Part shown: in pieces, positions 25,051 to 38,907 of the stretch
Numbering within the stretch: the stretch's first letter is position 1
Layout of the letters: each line of letters opens with the position of its first letter
NCBI GenBank assembly: GCA_965287045.1
Contig: OZ336878.1
Location: 105,028,001-105,092,000 of the forward strand
Reading direction: 5' to 3'
Source of the DNA: Carcharhinus amblyrhynchos
Taxonomy: Eukaryota
Length of the DNA: 64,000 nt
Notes under the pieces: model-generated
What the model saw: only the letters and a program-made list of their open reading frames with translations
Databases searched by the model: none
Told to the model about the DNA's origin: nothing
Made by a program: the position numbers and the translations under genes

Positions 25051-26337
25051 CTGATGAAATTCAGCACTAAGGCCAATTCGTCCTTCCAAAGCTCGAACCG
25101 TCCGACCGAACTGATCAGATATCAAATGATGCTTCATTGATTTACGTTAGTAATTCGTTTTTTTTTTAGCTAACCGCTTTCCTTCTCAACAAACTATCGC
25201 TTGCTCAATCAGTTTAAAATTCAATTAGCTACGCAATCTTGATTCCGTTCTTGATAAAATGAAATAGATGTGATTGGAAGCAAAAGGGAACTTACGATTT
25301 CCAATTGCAGAAACGATATTTATTTTCTTTGCCTTCCTGGGTTTTGGCAGACAACAGTATTAACCATGAATTAGGAATCCCTAACAAAGAGAAACACGAA
25401 CTTTTACGGCCTTTCCATTCATTCACGAGAATAAATGGTTGCCATCTAGAGTTGAAATTAATTCTTATCAGAAGGTGGAGGTTATCTGCCTCCTTGAGTA
25501 AAGCTGAAGAGCATTCAACGCATGTGTAACCACAGTGTTGACAGCAAACTTTTTTTTTCTATGATTGTGACACTGCGAAATTGTTGCACAGCTATATGTT
25601 AATATCGAGTGACATTGAAATGGTGTGGGCCGAGGAGTCTTGTGGAGGAGTTCCATTTCTACACTCCAGCGGTCATGTGTTTGGAATATGCTTTTGGAGT
25701 TGTTTTGATGAATTCGAGCAGACGAATATTGTCCAAGATGGTGAAATGGTGAAAGTTTGGCATATGGGGCCGAGCGGGTTGTTGGGTTCTTAAAAGATTG
25801 CTGGTTAACGGAGTGCATTTGGACAACAACCGTCTGCCTTCTATCGAAAAGCGCTGACGTTGCTGAGTGTTGTTGGAGCTATGCCTTTTATAGCATGTCG
25901 AAGCTTGTCAATCATACTCATTTATTTCCGTTGAAGTTGCTAAACAGGATTTTGGGGAGGAGTCGGATATAACACGAGATGTGTGACTTGTTTCACAGTT
26001 CCTCGCTTCTAATATCCTGTTCATTCTTAGCACCACATTTATACTACAGTCCCTGATCTGTTATTAATCAAGATAGTCGCCAAAGATTGAAACACATTGT
26101 ATTCAACGATTACATTGCCTTTTTCTCTCTATGGATTATTTTTATCTGTTTATGTGCTTGGAGTAGTTTTGTGCCTCAAAATTATATTCCTGAATGTTAC
26201 TTAACACATGTTTTAACCCGGTAAAACAGAAGAACGTGAATTCCGGTTGATTAGCTTAAACGTTTTGAGCATCTCTGAATAGGAACAACATTAGTATATT
26301 CTTGGACCACTCGGTCATTGAATAGTGCAGAATCCTA

Positions 26338-26671
26338 TCAGAATCATGGAATCTCTACAGTGGAGAAAGAGGTCATCTGGCCCTTCGAGTCTGCATGGAC
26401 GACAATCTCAACAAAACCCCATATCCATATCTCAACGCATTTAACCGCTAATCCCTCTAACCTACGCAACTCAGGACACTAAGGGGCAATTTCAGCATGA
26501 TCAATCAACTTAACCATCTGTGGACTGGGAGGAAACCGTAGCATCCGAAGCGAACCCACTCAGGCATAAGGAGAATTTGCAAACTCCACACAGACAGTGA
26601 CCAATTCCGGAAATCGAACATAGGTCGCTGGAGACGTGAAGCAACAGTGCTAACCATTGTGAAACCGTGCC
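26338..26671 (-). mobile_element. HE1/V-SINE-like SINE (HOR copy 1)
   Basis: Reverse SINE core and head; CCTAT on both flanks. Confidence 0.88.
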
Positions 26672-26992
26672 TATTATTAGCGGACGTAATCTTGCATCAA
26701 TGTGTAATAATTACAGGCAACTGCATGAAACATTTGCAAACCGAAGAGATGGACCAGTGGCAGGCTATGACCAGAAAACAATTCTGTAAGAAAAAAAAAT
26801 AAGCAAACACCGAATAAAATTGATGTCAATACGACTAATGACGGAGCTTGAAGAGACAAGATCTGACGAGAGTGCAATGGATATGAGTTTAACTGGTGCC
26901 TTGCTTAAGCAAGTCTTCCAAAACATTGAAAGCGGCATTTAAGGACATTTCGATGAGGGAAGAGAGATAGTAATGAATTCTTGATATGTCAC

Positions 26993-27019
26993 CTGATCTT
27001 AAGTCCAACATGTCGTGAT
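26993..27019 (-). CDS. Putative 27-nt micro-exon (DHDMLDLRS)
   Basis: gagcag|27 nt|gtgaca, open. Confidence 0.45.
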
Positions 27020-28118
27020 CTGCTCAAGGAGAGATGTCAACGCAATTAATCATTCCAAAGATTGAACCGTCTCACATAACTGATCCAATCACTAATTTTA
27101 TCTGATTGGCCGTCATCAATATCTCGCTTTCTATTCAGGTAGCATCCCACCAGCTCAATTTTCCACCACTTCACCTCTTAATTGAAAGTTACTTTGTGAG
27201 CAGTTTTCTCATTTCAGTCTTTCAGAATGAAATTGATGTGATGGGAGGCTGATGGGAATTAACGAATTCCAAGTGAAAGAATGGTGGGGTTTTTTTGGCT
27301 GTTAGTAGCGTTAGCATTAATTTAGGACTCCCTCTTTTTTGTGTTAAAAAAACAACTACCATGTTTTTCTGTTTATTCATGAAAAGTACTTTCTACTCGC
27401 TAGGCAATAAACTAATGCTGCACGAAGGCTGAGATCATCTGCATCGATGAAACCCTGCAGGCATTTCAGCGTCGATGTATTTAGAAATTGACATTGAAGT
27501 TGTTTGGATGAATTTCAACAGTTGACTCTTGTGCACAGTGATGCCGCGGTGTGAGATTGACTTCTGTGATTGATGTGAAAGATGGGGCATTACACGACTG
27601 TTGGCTTACGAAGTGCGTATGGGCATCAAGCCAACTGCATTATATAGTTTGGCGTTGCAGTTGTTCAGTGTTGTTGGAACTAACTCTGTCATGGCACGTC
27701 GCAGCTCTTCCATTTCAGCCTGAATTGCATTTTGCTGATGGTGAACAGCATTTTGAGCAGTTGCCGGATGGAGCAAGAAGAGAGTAACTCATTACTGAGT
27801 AATCCAAATTGCTATTATTAGTGGAATCGTGTTATAATTACAACGAAATGAATCACACTTTTGAAATGGAACAGATAGGTCCTACAGTGACTGCAGACAT
27901 CATTGTACAAGATAATGGAAGCAAACACGAAGAACAATTGAAGTCAGTCCAAATACAGGCAAAATTATGTTGAATGAAATATGACCACAGCGCAATAGGT
28001 ATTAGTTTTGCTGATGACATAGTTAAGGAAACCTCTCAGAATACTAAGAGCGGCAATGAGGTACGCTTAGATTTTCCGAAGAAGGGAGGTATGGAAAGTT
28101 GAGTTCCTGACATGTGAC

Positions 28119-28145
28119 CAGATCATATGTTCATCTTCTCTCTAT
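28119..28145 (-). pseudogene. Micro-exon copy with in-frame stop
   Basis: 27 nt, AG/GT present, TGA in phase 1 and TAG in phase 2. Confidence 0.4.
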
Positions 28146-29721
28146 CTGCTCAGATGGTCAAGTAAAGCTATTTAATCGATCCAAACACGAAGCGGCCCGC
28201 AGAACTGGTGAGATTTCAAATGACGTGTCATAGGCTTTTGTCAGTAAATCACTTCTTTTTCTAGAGCGCCAATAATCCTCCTAATTGGAAACACCCATTA
28301 TCGGCAGTATTTTCTTTTTAGTCTTGTCGAAAGCAAGTTGATGTGATCGGAAGCATCTGGGAAATAATGATTTCCAATTGAATGGAATCTATTTTTTTCT
28401 TGCCCTTCCCCATGATGTCGGCTGATAGCATGATTTGAGATTACTCTTACTGTAAAAAAAACATATTTTTGGTTCCTTATATTCATTAATAAATAAATAT
28501 GTTCGTTGCCGGATAGACCTAAATGAATACTCATCAGAAGGCGAATGTGCTTTGCATCCCTGCAAGTCATCAAGCACTTCAGACCATGCAGTGCACGGGT
28601 ACCCACAGTGCTGGAGGTAAGAGTGCACTATTATTTTGATACAGCAAATTGATGCATGACAATGTTTGTTAACGTCTGCTGATCTTGTCAAAGGTTGGTA
28701 TCGCCGGAACCTGACGTTTCTTGAGGAATTGCGTTTCCATACGCAAGCAGTCAGTTTGTAATTTGCTGTTAGAGTTGATTTGGTGAATTGCCGCAAACGA
28801 ATTTGACGAAAATAAATGCAACTGTCTGAGTTTTGCTTGTGTGGATAAGAGGCTATATGCGGTTGTCATGTATTGGTGGCTGAAGGAATGCCGCTGATCG
28901 TACAGCTTTTTTCCGTTCTAATAAATGTCGTTAAAGATGTTGAGTGCCTTTGGAGCGATACCTATCATGGCAGGACGTGGCTATTCATTCATAATTTGTC
29001 ATCGTACTTTTTTGTGGAGAAGTCAAATGGGACAACAGTCAATTAACTCGTTGGACGCTTCCGACCAACTAATCTGCTGTCCTAGTCAGACGTTTTTTTT
29101 GACTGGCACAGTTCAGCTTTCAATCAAGAGCGAGACGAAGGAGATTGATAACTGTAGATTTAGCGATTGCATTGCCAATTAATTTTAATGGAATAAGTTT
29201 ATGCCTTTGTCTTCCTAGAGCACTATGTTGCCTCCCGATTCTCTGGGCCGAACCCTACTTGGCTAGTTGTCGGGCAAAACCTGGAAAATCTGCATGAGTT
29301 AACATTCCATTACTCAGCTTGAAAATGTTCGTAGTCTGACACAAATGCATCACTTTACCAGGGCGTGCGACCACTTGCTAATTAAATAATGCAAAACCAT
29401 TTTATTCGCGACAATGGTCACATATCACTGCACAATAATTTCAATCATCTGAGTCAAACAATGTTCAACTGAACCGATGAACTAGCGATACACAATGACA
29501 GATGGCATTATTCTAGTAGTAAATGAACGCCCAGGCCTAGAGAAATTGAAGTCAATATCACTAAAGACGACATTTTACGTGATCAGATCAGGCCAGAGTA
29601 CAAATTGTATGAGGTTACTGTTGCCTAAGCTAAGCAACCCTTCCAGAATGTTACAAGTGACACTGAGACTCATTTCACTTGCTGAAGAGAGGTACGGAAG
29701 TTTGAATCCTTGATACGTTAG

Positions 29722-29748
29722 CTGACCTTATGTCCATCATGTCTCGAT
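29722..29748 (-). pseudogene. Micro-exon copy with dead donor (DRDMMDIRS)
   Basis: GT changed to CT. Confidence 0.4.
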
Positions 29749-31040
29749 CTGCTACAAATCAGCAGTAAGGCCAATCAGTCATTCCAAAGTTCGAACCGTC
29801 CCACAGAACTGATCAGAAATCAAATGACGTATCATTGACTTACATCAGTATTTCTCTTTCTTTTTTCAACTAACCGTTTTCCTTCTCAACAATCTTTCAC
29901 CTCAATGAATTTAACATTCCATTAGCTGCAGCATCTTGATTCCGTTCTTGATAAAATAAAATTGATGTGATGGGAAGCAAAATGGAACTTACGATTTCCA
30001 ATTAAAGAAACGCTATTTTTTGTTTGCTCCCTAGGTTTTGGTGGTCAATAGTACTCAATTTGAATTAGGAATCCCTCGTTTTCTAAAGAAACAAGAACTT
30101 TTACTGTTTTTTATATTCATTCATGAAAATCACTCGTTGTCATCTGGAGTTGAAATTAATGCTCGTCAGAATGTGGATGTGACCTGTATTCATAAGAAAA
30201 AGCTGCAAAACATTCAAGGCATGTTTCACCACAGTGTTGACTGTAAGCTTTATCCATAATTTTGACACAGCAAAATTGTTGTACAGCAATATATACGTTA
30301 ATGTTGGGTGGCATTTGAAGGGTGTGGGCATGGAATCTTGTAGAGGGATTTCTTTTTCACACATCAGCGGTCATGTGTTTGGAATTTACTATTGGAGTTG
30401 TTTTGATGAATTCCAGCAGACGAATATTGTCCGAAATTGTGAAACGTTTAAAGTTTGACATGTGGAGCCGAGGGTGTCGTTGGGGCCTTGAAGTATTTCT
30501 AGGTGATGGAGTGCGTTCGGACAACAACCGCCTGCTTTCAGCTGGAATTCGCTGATGTTGTTAAGTCTTGTTGCAGTTATGTCTTTCATAGCATGTCGAG
30601 GTTTTTCAATCATACTCCTTAATTGTACACTGAAGATGGTAAATAGGATTTTGGGGAGGGGTCGGACATAACACGAGATGTGCGACTTGTTTCACAGTTT
30701 CTAGCTTCTAATCTTCTGTTCATTCTTACCACCATATTTTTACATCAGCTCCTGTTCTGTTACTAATCAGGATAGTCGCAATGGAATTGAAAATGTTGTA
30801 TACAAAGATTACTTGCCGTTTACTCTTCATGGAAGAGGTTTTTTTTGCTTATCTGCTTGGAGTAGCTTCCTGCCTCAAAAGTTTGTTCCCCGAATGCTAC
30901 TTACCACACGCCGGGCCTATCCCGCTAAAACAGAAGAACGTGAATTCCGGCTGATGACTTAAATTTCTTGAGATTCTCATGTAAGGAACAACCTTAGTAC
31001 ACTGTTGAACCACTTGGTCATTGAATAATGGAGAATCCTA

Positions 31041-31367
31041 TTAGAATCACTTTATGCAGAAAGAGGGCATCTGGCCCATTTTGTCTGCACGGACCACAAT
31101 CTCACCCAGGCCCTACCCCCATATCTCTACGCATTTACCCGCTAATCCCACTAACCTACGCAACTTAGGGCACTAAGGGGCAACTTCAGCATTGCCAATC
31201 AACATATCCCGCGCATCGTTCAACTGTGGGAGGAAACCGGGGCACCCGGAGGAAACTCACACAGACACGAGGAGAATTTACATACTCCACACAGTGACCC
31301 AAGCACAGAATCGAACCAGGTAACTGGCGCTGTGAAGCAGCATTGTGAACTACTCTGCTACCGTGCC
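31041..31367 (-). mobile_element. HE1/V-SINE-like SINE (HOR copy 2)
   Basis: Same site in the monomer as 26338-26671. Confidence 0.88.
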
Positions 31368-31672
31368 TATTATTAGCGGACCTGACCATGCATCAATGTG
31401 TAACAATTACAGGCAATTGCAGGAAGCATTTGCAAACTGAACAGATGCACCAGTGACAGGCAATGACCAGAAAATAATTCTGCAAACGTAAAAAACACAA
31501 GTTCCAACTAAAATTGATGTCAATACTACTTATGACGGAACATGAAGAGACGAGTGCAATGGATATTAGTTAAACTGGTGCCTTGGTTAAACAGCCGTCC
31601 AAAACACTGAAAGCGGCATTTAGGGACATTTTGATCAGGGAAGAGAGTTGTAATGAATTCTTGATATGTTAC

Positions 31673-31699
31673 CCGATCTTATGTCCGCCTCGTCCCGAT
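31673..31699 (-). CDS. Putative 27-nt micro-exon (DRDEADIRS)
   Basis: gagcag|27 nt|gtaaca; synonymous CGG and TCG. Confidence 0.45.
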
Positions 31700-32297
31700 C
31701 TGCTCAAGGAGACATGACAAGACAATTAATCGTTCCAAACGTTGAAGCTTTGCACATAACTGATGCAATCTCAAATGGCAAGTGTTTGGCCGTGATTAAT
31801 ATCTCGCTTTCTATTCAGGTTGCATCCTACCAGCTCAAATTTCCATCATTTCACTTCTTAAGTGAAAATTACTTTTTGTGCAGTTTTCTCATTTCAGTCT
31901 TGTCAAAATGAAATTGATGTGATAGGAAGCTAATGGGAAAAGATTATCTCATAACTGAATATTCAAAATTGCTATTACTGCGGAGTTGTCGAGCATAAGT
32001 GTGTAATAATTGCAATCAAATGAAGCATGGTTTTGCAGATTGAACAGATAGATCAATTACACACAGTGACTGCGGACATCATTGTACAAGTTAATAGAAG
32101 CAAACGCGAAGAACGATTGAAGCCAATTCAAATAGAGATGAAATTCTGCGGAACGAGATATGTCCAGAGTGCAATAAGTATTCATTCTGCTGATGACATA
32201 GCTTAGCAAACACCTCAAAATATGAAGAGCGGCAATGAGGTACACTTACATTTCTCGAGGAAGAGAGGTATGGACAGTTGACTTCCTGAAATGTTGC

Positions 32298-32324
32298 CAG
32301 GTCTTATGGTCATCTTGTCTCGAT
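32298..32324 (-). other. Micro-exon copy with GC donor (DRDKMTIRP)
   Basis: gagcag|27 nt|gcaaca, open. Confidence 0.35.
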
Positions 32325-33894
32325 CTGCTCAGATGGAGAAGTAAAGCTATTTAATCGATCCAAAGCTCGAAGCGCCGCGAAAAAGTGATGGGATTTCAAA
32401 CGACGTGTCACAGACGTTTGTGACTACATCGCGTTCTTTCTAGGACGCTAATTATTCTTCTAACTGAAAAGATCCATTATCGCCAGTATTTTGTTTTCAG
32501 TCTTGTCGAAAGTAGGTTGACGTGATGGGAAGCATATGGCAAATAATGAATTCCAATTGAGTGAAGTCTATTTATTCTCTTGAACTTCCCCATTATGTCG
32601 GCCGAGACCACAACTCGAGATTACTCTTACTAGGAGAAAAAACACATATTTTCCAATTCTTTATATTCATTAATAATAATAAAAAAATGCTCGCTGCCGG
32701 ACAGACCTAAATTAATACTCATCCGAAGGCGGTGGTGATCTGCATCCATGAAGCCATGCAGACCATGCAGTGCACGGCTACGCACAGCGCTGACGATAAG
32801 AATACACTATTATTTTGATACAGAAATTGATGCAAGCCAATATCGGTTAACGTCGGCTGGTGTTGTCTAAGGCTTGGTGTGGCTGAAACCTGAAGTTTCC
32901 CGAGGAATTACGTTTCCACATGTAAATCGTCAGTTTGTAATTTGCTGTTGGAGTGATTTGATGAATTGCAGCAAACGAATTTTGTGAAAGTAGATGCAAG
33001 TGCGTGAGTTTGGCTTGTGTGGGTAAGGCGTTACATGCGGCTTAAGATAGTGGTGGCTGAAGGCGTGCCGCTGATCGTACAGCTGTTTGCTTCCTTTTGG
33101 GTATCTTTTAGATGATGAGTTTCGTTGGAGCGTTTTCTATCATAGCAGAATGCGGCAATTCATTCATAATTCTTCATCGTAGGTTATAGATGTTGAACAG
33201 GTCTTTGGGGAGAAGTTGGGTGGGACAACAGTTGATTAAGTCGCTGGAAGCTTCCTATCCACTAATCTGCTGTTCTAGTCGGAGTTTTCTTTTGGCCAGC
33301 ACTGTTCAGCTTCCAGTCAAGAGCGACTCCAAGGAGTTTGATAACTGTAGATTTACCGATTGTATTGCCAGTGAATTTTAATAGACTACGTTTATGCCTT
33401 TCTCTTTCTGGGGCACTATGTTGCCTCCTGATAATTTGGCCCGGATCCCAATTGTCTACTTGTCGCACCAAACCGGGAAAGTCTCCATAACTAAAAATGT
33501 TCGTAGTCTGACACAAATGCATCACTTTACCAGAGTGTATGACCACTCGCGAAGTGAATGATGCGAAATCATTTCTTTCGCGACAATGGTCAAGCATCAC
33601 TGTATGATAACTGCAATCATCTACAACAAACAATGTTCAACTGAACAGATGGACTAGCGACGCACAATGTCTGTGGACATTATGTTTCAAGTAAATGAGC
33701 GCCCGCGCCAAGAATAGTTAAAGTCAACTATCACTAAAGACGAAATGTTACATGATCAGATAACGCCAGAGTGCAAGCGGTATGGGGTTAATGTAGCCTG
33801 AGCTAAGCAACCATTCGAAAATGTTACGAGTGACATTGAGGTTCATTTCGCTTGCTGAAGAGAGGTACGGAAGTTTGATCCCTTGATATGTTAC

Positions 33895-33921
33895 CTGATC
33901 TTATGTCCATCATGTCTCGAT
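33895..33921 (-). CDS. Putative 27-nt micro-exon (DRDMMDIRS)
   Basis: ttcagcag|27 nt|gtaaca, near-consensus. Confidence 0.5.
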
Positions 33922-34729
33922 CTGCTGAAATGCAGCAGTAAGGACAATTAGTTGTTCCAAAGGTCGAACCGTCCTACAGAACTGATCAGATATCAAATGA
34001 CATATCATTGACTTACATCAGTAATTCGTTTTTTTTTTCATCTAACCGCTTTCCTTCTCAACAATCTATCACTTCTTCAATCAAATTAACATTCCATTTC
34101 CTGCAGCATCTTCATGCCGTTCTTGATAAAATGAAGTTGATGTGATTGGAAGCAAACTGGAACTTATGATTTCCAATTGATGAAACGGTATTTATTTTCT
34201 TTGTCTTCCTATTTGTTGACGGTCAATAGTATTAACTTTGAATTAGGAATCCCTCCTTCCCTACCAAAAATGAACACGAACTTTTACGGTCTTTATATTC
34301 ATTAGTGAGAATCACTAGTTGCCATCTGGAGTTCGAAATAATTCTCATCAGAAGGTGGAGGTCATCTGCATTCATAAGAACAGCTGCAGAACATTCAACG
34401 CACGTGTAACCACAGTGTTGACGGTACGTGTCTTTTTCTATAATGTTGACACAGGGAAATTGTTGCACAAACATATATGTTAATGACGGATAATATTAGA
34501 ATAGGGTGGGGCGCGATGTCTTGTAGAGGAATTCCTTTTCTACACCGTCATGTGTTTGGAATTTGCTTTTGGAATTGTTTTGATGAATTCAATCAGACGA
34601 ATATTGTCCAAGATGGTGAAACAGTGGAAGTTTGGCATGTGGGCGAGCGCATTGTCGGTGTCTTGAAGGGTTGCTGGTTAACGGAGCGCGTTTGGACAAC
34701 AACCGTCTGGCTTCCTGCCAAGAAACTCC

Positions 34730-34948
34730 AATTCTCACTCTGTTAGCCACTATGCCACATTGCCACTCTAATAATAACAATTCTCACTCCGTTAACCACT
34801 GTGTCACCGGGCCACCCGAGTAATTTCAATTCTCACTCTGTTAGCCACTGTGCCACAGTGCCACACAAGTAATTCCAATTCCCATTGTTAACAACTGTGC
34901 CACAGCACCACCCTAGTACTTCTAATTCTCACTCTGTTAACAACTGTG
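34730..34948. repeat. Minisatellite, ~49-bp unit x 4.5
   Basis: AATTCTCACTCTGTTARCCACTGTGCCAC..GCCAC.. repeated. Confidence 0.9.
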
Positions 34949-35442
34949 TTGACGTTGTTGAGTGTTGTTGGAGCTATGCATTTTATAGCATGTCGAGGCT
35001 TTTCAATCATGCATCTTAATTGTACGGTGAAGTTGTTAAATAGGATTTTGCGGAGGGATCGGATATAACACGAGATGTGTGACTTGTCTCACAATTCCTA
35101 TCGTCTAATCTCCTTTTCATTCTTTCCACCGTTCTTATTTATACATTAGCCCCTGATCTTTTATTAATCAATATAGTCGTCCCGGATTGAAAATGTTGGA
35201 AACAACGAATCCATTGTAATTTACTCTCGATTGATGACTTTTTCTGATTATCTAGCTTGGAGTAGTTTTCTGGCTCAAAATTCAGTTCCCCGAAGGCTAT
35301 TTATCACATCTTGGGCCCAACCCGGTAAAACAGAAGAACGTGAATTCCGGTTGATAAGCTTACATGTTTTGAGACTCTCAGATAAGGAACAGCCTTAGTA
35401 CATTGTTGAACCACTCGGTCATTGAATAATGGAGAATCCTAT

Positions 35443-35782
35443 AAGAAACATAGAATCCCTACAGTGCAGAAAGAGGCCATCTGGCCCATCGAATCTGCAC
35501 CGACAACAATCTCACCAAAGCCCTACCCCCATGTCTCTACGGATTTGCCCGTTAATCCCTCTAACCTACGCATTTTAGGACATTAAGGGGCAAATTCAGC
35601 GTTGACAATCAACATAACCCGCACATCTTTGGACTGTGGGAGGAAACCGGGGCACCCGGAGGAAACCCACGCAGACACGAGGAGAATTTGCAAACTCCGC
35701 ACGGACAGTGACCCAAGCACGGAATCGAACGCAGGTCCCTGGAATTGTGAAGCAGCAGTGCTAACTACTGTGCTGCCATGCC
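35443..35782 (-). mobile_element. HE1/V-SINE-like SINE (HOR copy 3)
   Basis: Same insertion site as the other HOR copies. Confidence 0.9.
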
Positions 35783-36090
35783 TATTATTATCGCGCATCA
35801 ATGTGTAATAATTACAGGCAACTGCATGAAGCATTTGCGAACTGAACAGTTGGACCAGTGGCAGGCAATGACCAGAAAATAAATCTTCAAGGAAAAATAA
35901 GGAAGAGTCAAATAAAATTGATGTCAAAACGACTAATGACGGGACATGAAGAGACGAGATCAGGCTAGAGTGCAATGGATATGAGTTTAACTGGTGTCTT
36001 CCTTCAGCAACCCCTCCAAAACATTGAAAGCAGCTTTTAGGGAGATTTCGATTAGGGAAGAGTGATAGTAATAAATTCTTGACATGTTAC

Positions 36091-36117
36091 CTGATCTTGT
36101 GTTCAGCTTGTCCCGAT
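36091..36117 (-). CDS. Putative 27-nt micro-exon (DRDKLNTRS)
   Basis: gagcag|27 nt|gtaaca, open. Confidence 0.45.
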
Positions 36118-37256
36118 CTGCTCAAGGAGAGATGTCAAATGATCATTCCCAAGATTGAACCACCCTCATAACTGATCCAATCTCAAATAGCATGTGATTG
36201 ACCGCCATCAATATCTCGCTTAGTATTCAGGTAGCATCCTACAAGCTCAAATTTTCATCATTCACCTCTTAATTGAAAATTACTTTGTGTGCAGTTTTCT
36301 GATTTCAGTCTTGTCAAAATGAAACTGTGATGGGAAGCTAATGGGAATTAATGAATTCCCAGCGAAAGAATGGTATTTCTTGTTTTGGTCTTCCTCTGTT
36401 TTGGCTATTAATAGCGTTGGCATTAATTTAGGAATTTCGCTTTTTGTGTTAAATTAGAAAAAAAAACACCAACTCGCATGTCCTTCTGTTCAATCAAGAG
36501 AAGTGCTTGCTCCTCGCTAGGCCAGAAACTAATGCTCATCAGAGGGTCGAAATCTTCTGCATTAATGAAACCCTGCAGCCATGTCAGCGGTGCTGTATAT
36601 AGAAATTGCTACTGGAGTTGTTTGGATGAATTTCAACAGTTGAATCTTGTGCACAGTGGTGCAACGGCGTGAGATTGACTTCTGTGATTGACGTGATCGG
36701 TGGGGCATTTCACGATTGTTGGCTTCCGGAGTGCGTATGGATATCAAGCCAATTGCATTATATAGTTTGGCGTTGTAGTTGTTCAGTGCTGTTGGAACTA
36801 TATCTATCATGGCAAGCCGCAGCTATTCTATTTTAGTCTGAATTGTATATTGCTGATGGTGAACAGCATTTTGGCCAGTTGCCGCATGGAACAGAAAGAG
36901 ATAAGGTCATTACTGAACAATCCACATTGCTATTATTCGCGGAATTATCCAGCATAGCCGCTTAATAATTACAATGAAAGAAATCACCCGTTTTGCAAAT
37001 TGAACAAATATATCAATTACACACAGTGACTGCGGATATCATTGTCCAAGGTAATGGAAGCAAACGCGAAAAACAATTGGAGCCAATCAAATACAGACGA
37101 AATGTTGCCGAACGAAATATGTCCAGAGTGCAACAAGTATTCGTTTTTCTGATGACTTAGTTATGGAAACCCATCAAAATAATAAGAGCGGCAGTGAGGT
37201 ACACTTACATTTCTCGTTGAAGAGAGGTATGGAAAGTTGACTTCCTGAAATCTTAC

Positions 37257-37283
37257 CAGATTTTATGTTACTCTTTTCTCGAT
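37257..37283 (-). CDS. Putative 27-nt micro-exon (DREKSNIKS)
   Basis: gagcag|27 nt|gtaaga; open only in phase 1. Confidence 0.45.
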
Positions 37284-38880
37284 CTGCTCAGATGGAGAAT
37301 GAAGCTACTTAATCGATCCAAGCTCGAAGCGCCTCGCAGAACTGATGAGATTTCAAATGACGTGTCATAAGCCTTTGTCAGTAAATCGTTTTCTTTCTAG
37401 AACGCCAATTATTCTCCAAATTGAAAAGATCCATCACCGGCAGTATTTTGTTTTCAGTCTTATCAAAAGCAAGTTCATGTGATGGGGACCATGTGGAAAA
37501 TAATGATTTCCAATTGAAAGAAATCTATTTGTTTTCTTGTCCTTCCCCGTTATTTCGGCTGACAGCACAATTAGAGATTACTCTTATTATATAAAAGAAC
37601 TTATTTTGTTTCGTTCCTTAAATACATTAATACAAACAAATATGCGTTGCCGGATAGACCTAAATTAATACACATCAGGAGGCGGAAGTGGTTTGCATTC
37701 ATGAAACCCTGCAGACCATGCATTGGACGGGCACGCCCAGTGCTGACGGTAAGAGTGCACCATAATTTTGGTACACGAATTGATGCATGGCAATGTTTGT
37801 TAATGTCGGCTGGTGTTGTCTAAGACTTCGTGTGGCTGGAACATGAAGTTTCTCGAGGAATTAAGTTTTCATATGTAAGTCGTCAATTTGAAATTTCCTG
37901 TTGGAGTTGGTTTGATGAACTGTAGCAAACGAACTTTGTGAAAGTAGATGCAAGTGTGTGAGCTTGCCTTGCATGGATAAGGCGCTATATGCGGCCTTAA
38001 TGTATTGATGGCTGAAGGATTGCCGCTGATCTTACAGCTGCTTGCTCTCTATTGGATATCTTCAAGATGTTGAGTGTTGTTGGAGCGGTATCTATCATAG
38101 CAGGACGCGGCTATGCCTTCATACTTCTTCGTAGGTTAAAGATATTGAACAAGTTTTTGGGGAGAAGTCGCACTGGGACAAGATTTCGTTAGCTCGGTGG
38201 ACGTTTGCTATCCACTAATCTGCTTTTCTAGCCAGAGGGTTTTTTGTTTGGCTGGCACTGTTCAGCATCCAGTCAAGAGGGATGCCAAGGAATTTGATTA
38301 TTGCAGATTTCGCGATTGTATTGCCAATGATTTTTAATGTACTGTAGTTGTGCCTTTCTCTTCCAGGAACACGATTTTGCCTCACGTTTCTTTGGACCGA
38401 ACTCTACTTGGCTACTTGGCGGGCAAAACTTGCCTGGCTAAAATCTGCATAACATAAGTTTCCGTTAAGCAGTTTGACAATGTTCGTAGACTGACACAAA
38501 TGCATCAAGTTAACAGAGTGTGGGACCACTCGCTAATTGAATAATGCAGAATCATTGTATTTGCGATAATGGTCATGCATTACTGCATGATAAATGCAAT
38601 CGTCTATATCAAACAATGTTCAACTGAACAGATGAACTAGAGACATACAATGACTGAGGACATTATCCCGCAATTAAATGAGCGCCCACGGCAAGAATAA
38701 TTGAAGTCAATATCACTAAAGACCAACTTTTGCGTGACCAGATAAGGCTAGAGTGCAAGTGGTATGACGTTTGCTCTTGCCTGAGCGAAGCAAACGTTCT
38801 AAAATGTTCCGAGTGACATTGAAGCTAATTTCGCTTGGTGAAGAGGAGAGGTACGGAACTTTGATTTTTTGATATGTTAC

Positions 38881-38907
38881 CTGATTGTATGTCCATCATG
38901 TCTCGAC
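38881..38907 (-). CDS. Putative 27-nt micro-exon (GRDMMDIQS)
   Basis: ttcagcag|27 nt|gtaaca, open. Confidence 0.45.

Noticed and set aside
27205-27285. miRNA hairpin in the conserved GAAATTGATGTGATGGGAAGCTAATGGGAATT segment
   Set aside because: Only short imperfect stems are visible, with no long pre-miRNA stem and no invariant 22-mer
34730-34948. CRISPR-like repeat/spacer look
   Set aside because: Vertebrate DNA, no cas genes, and the variable parts are related to each other; it is a minisatellite
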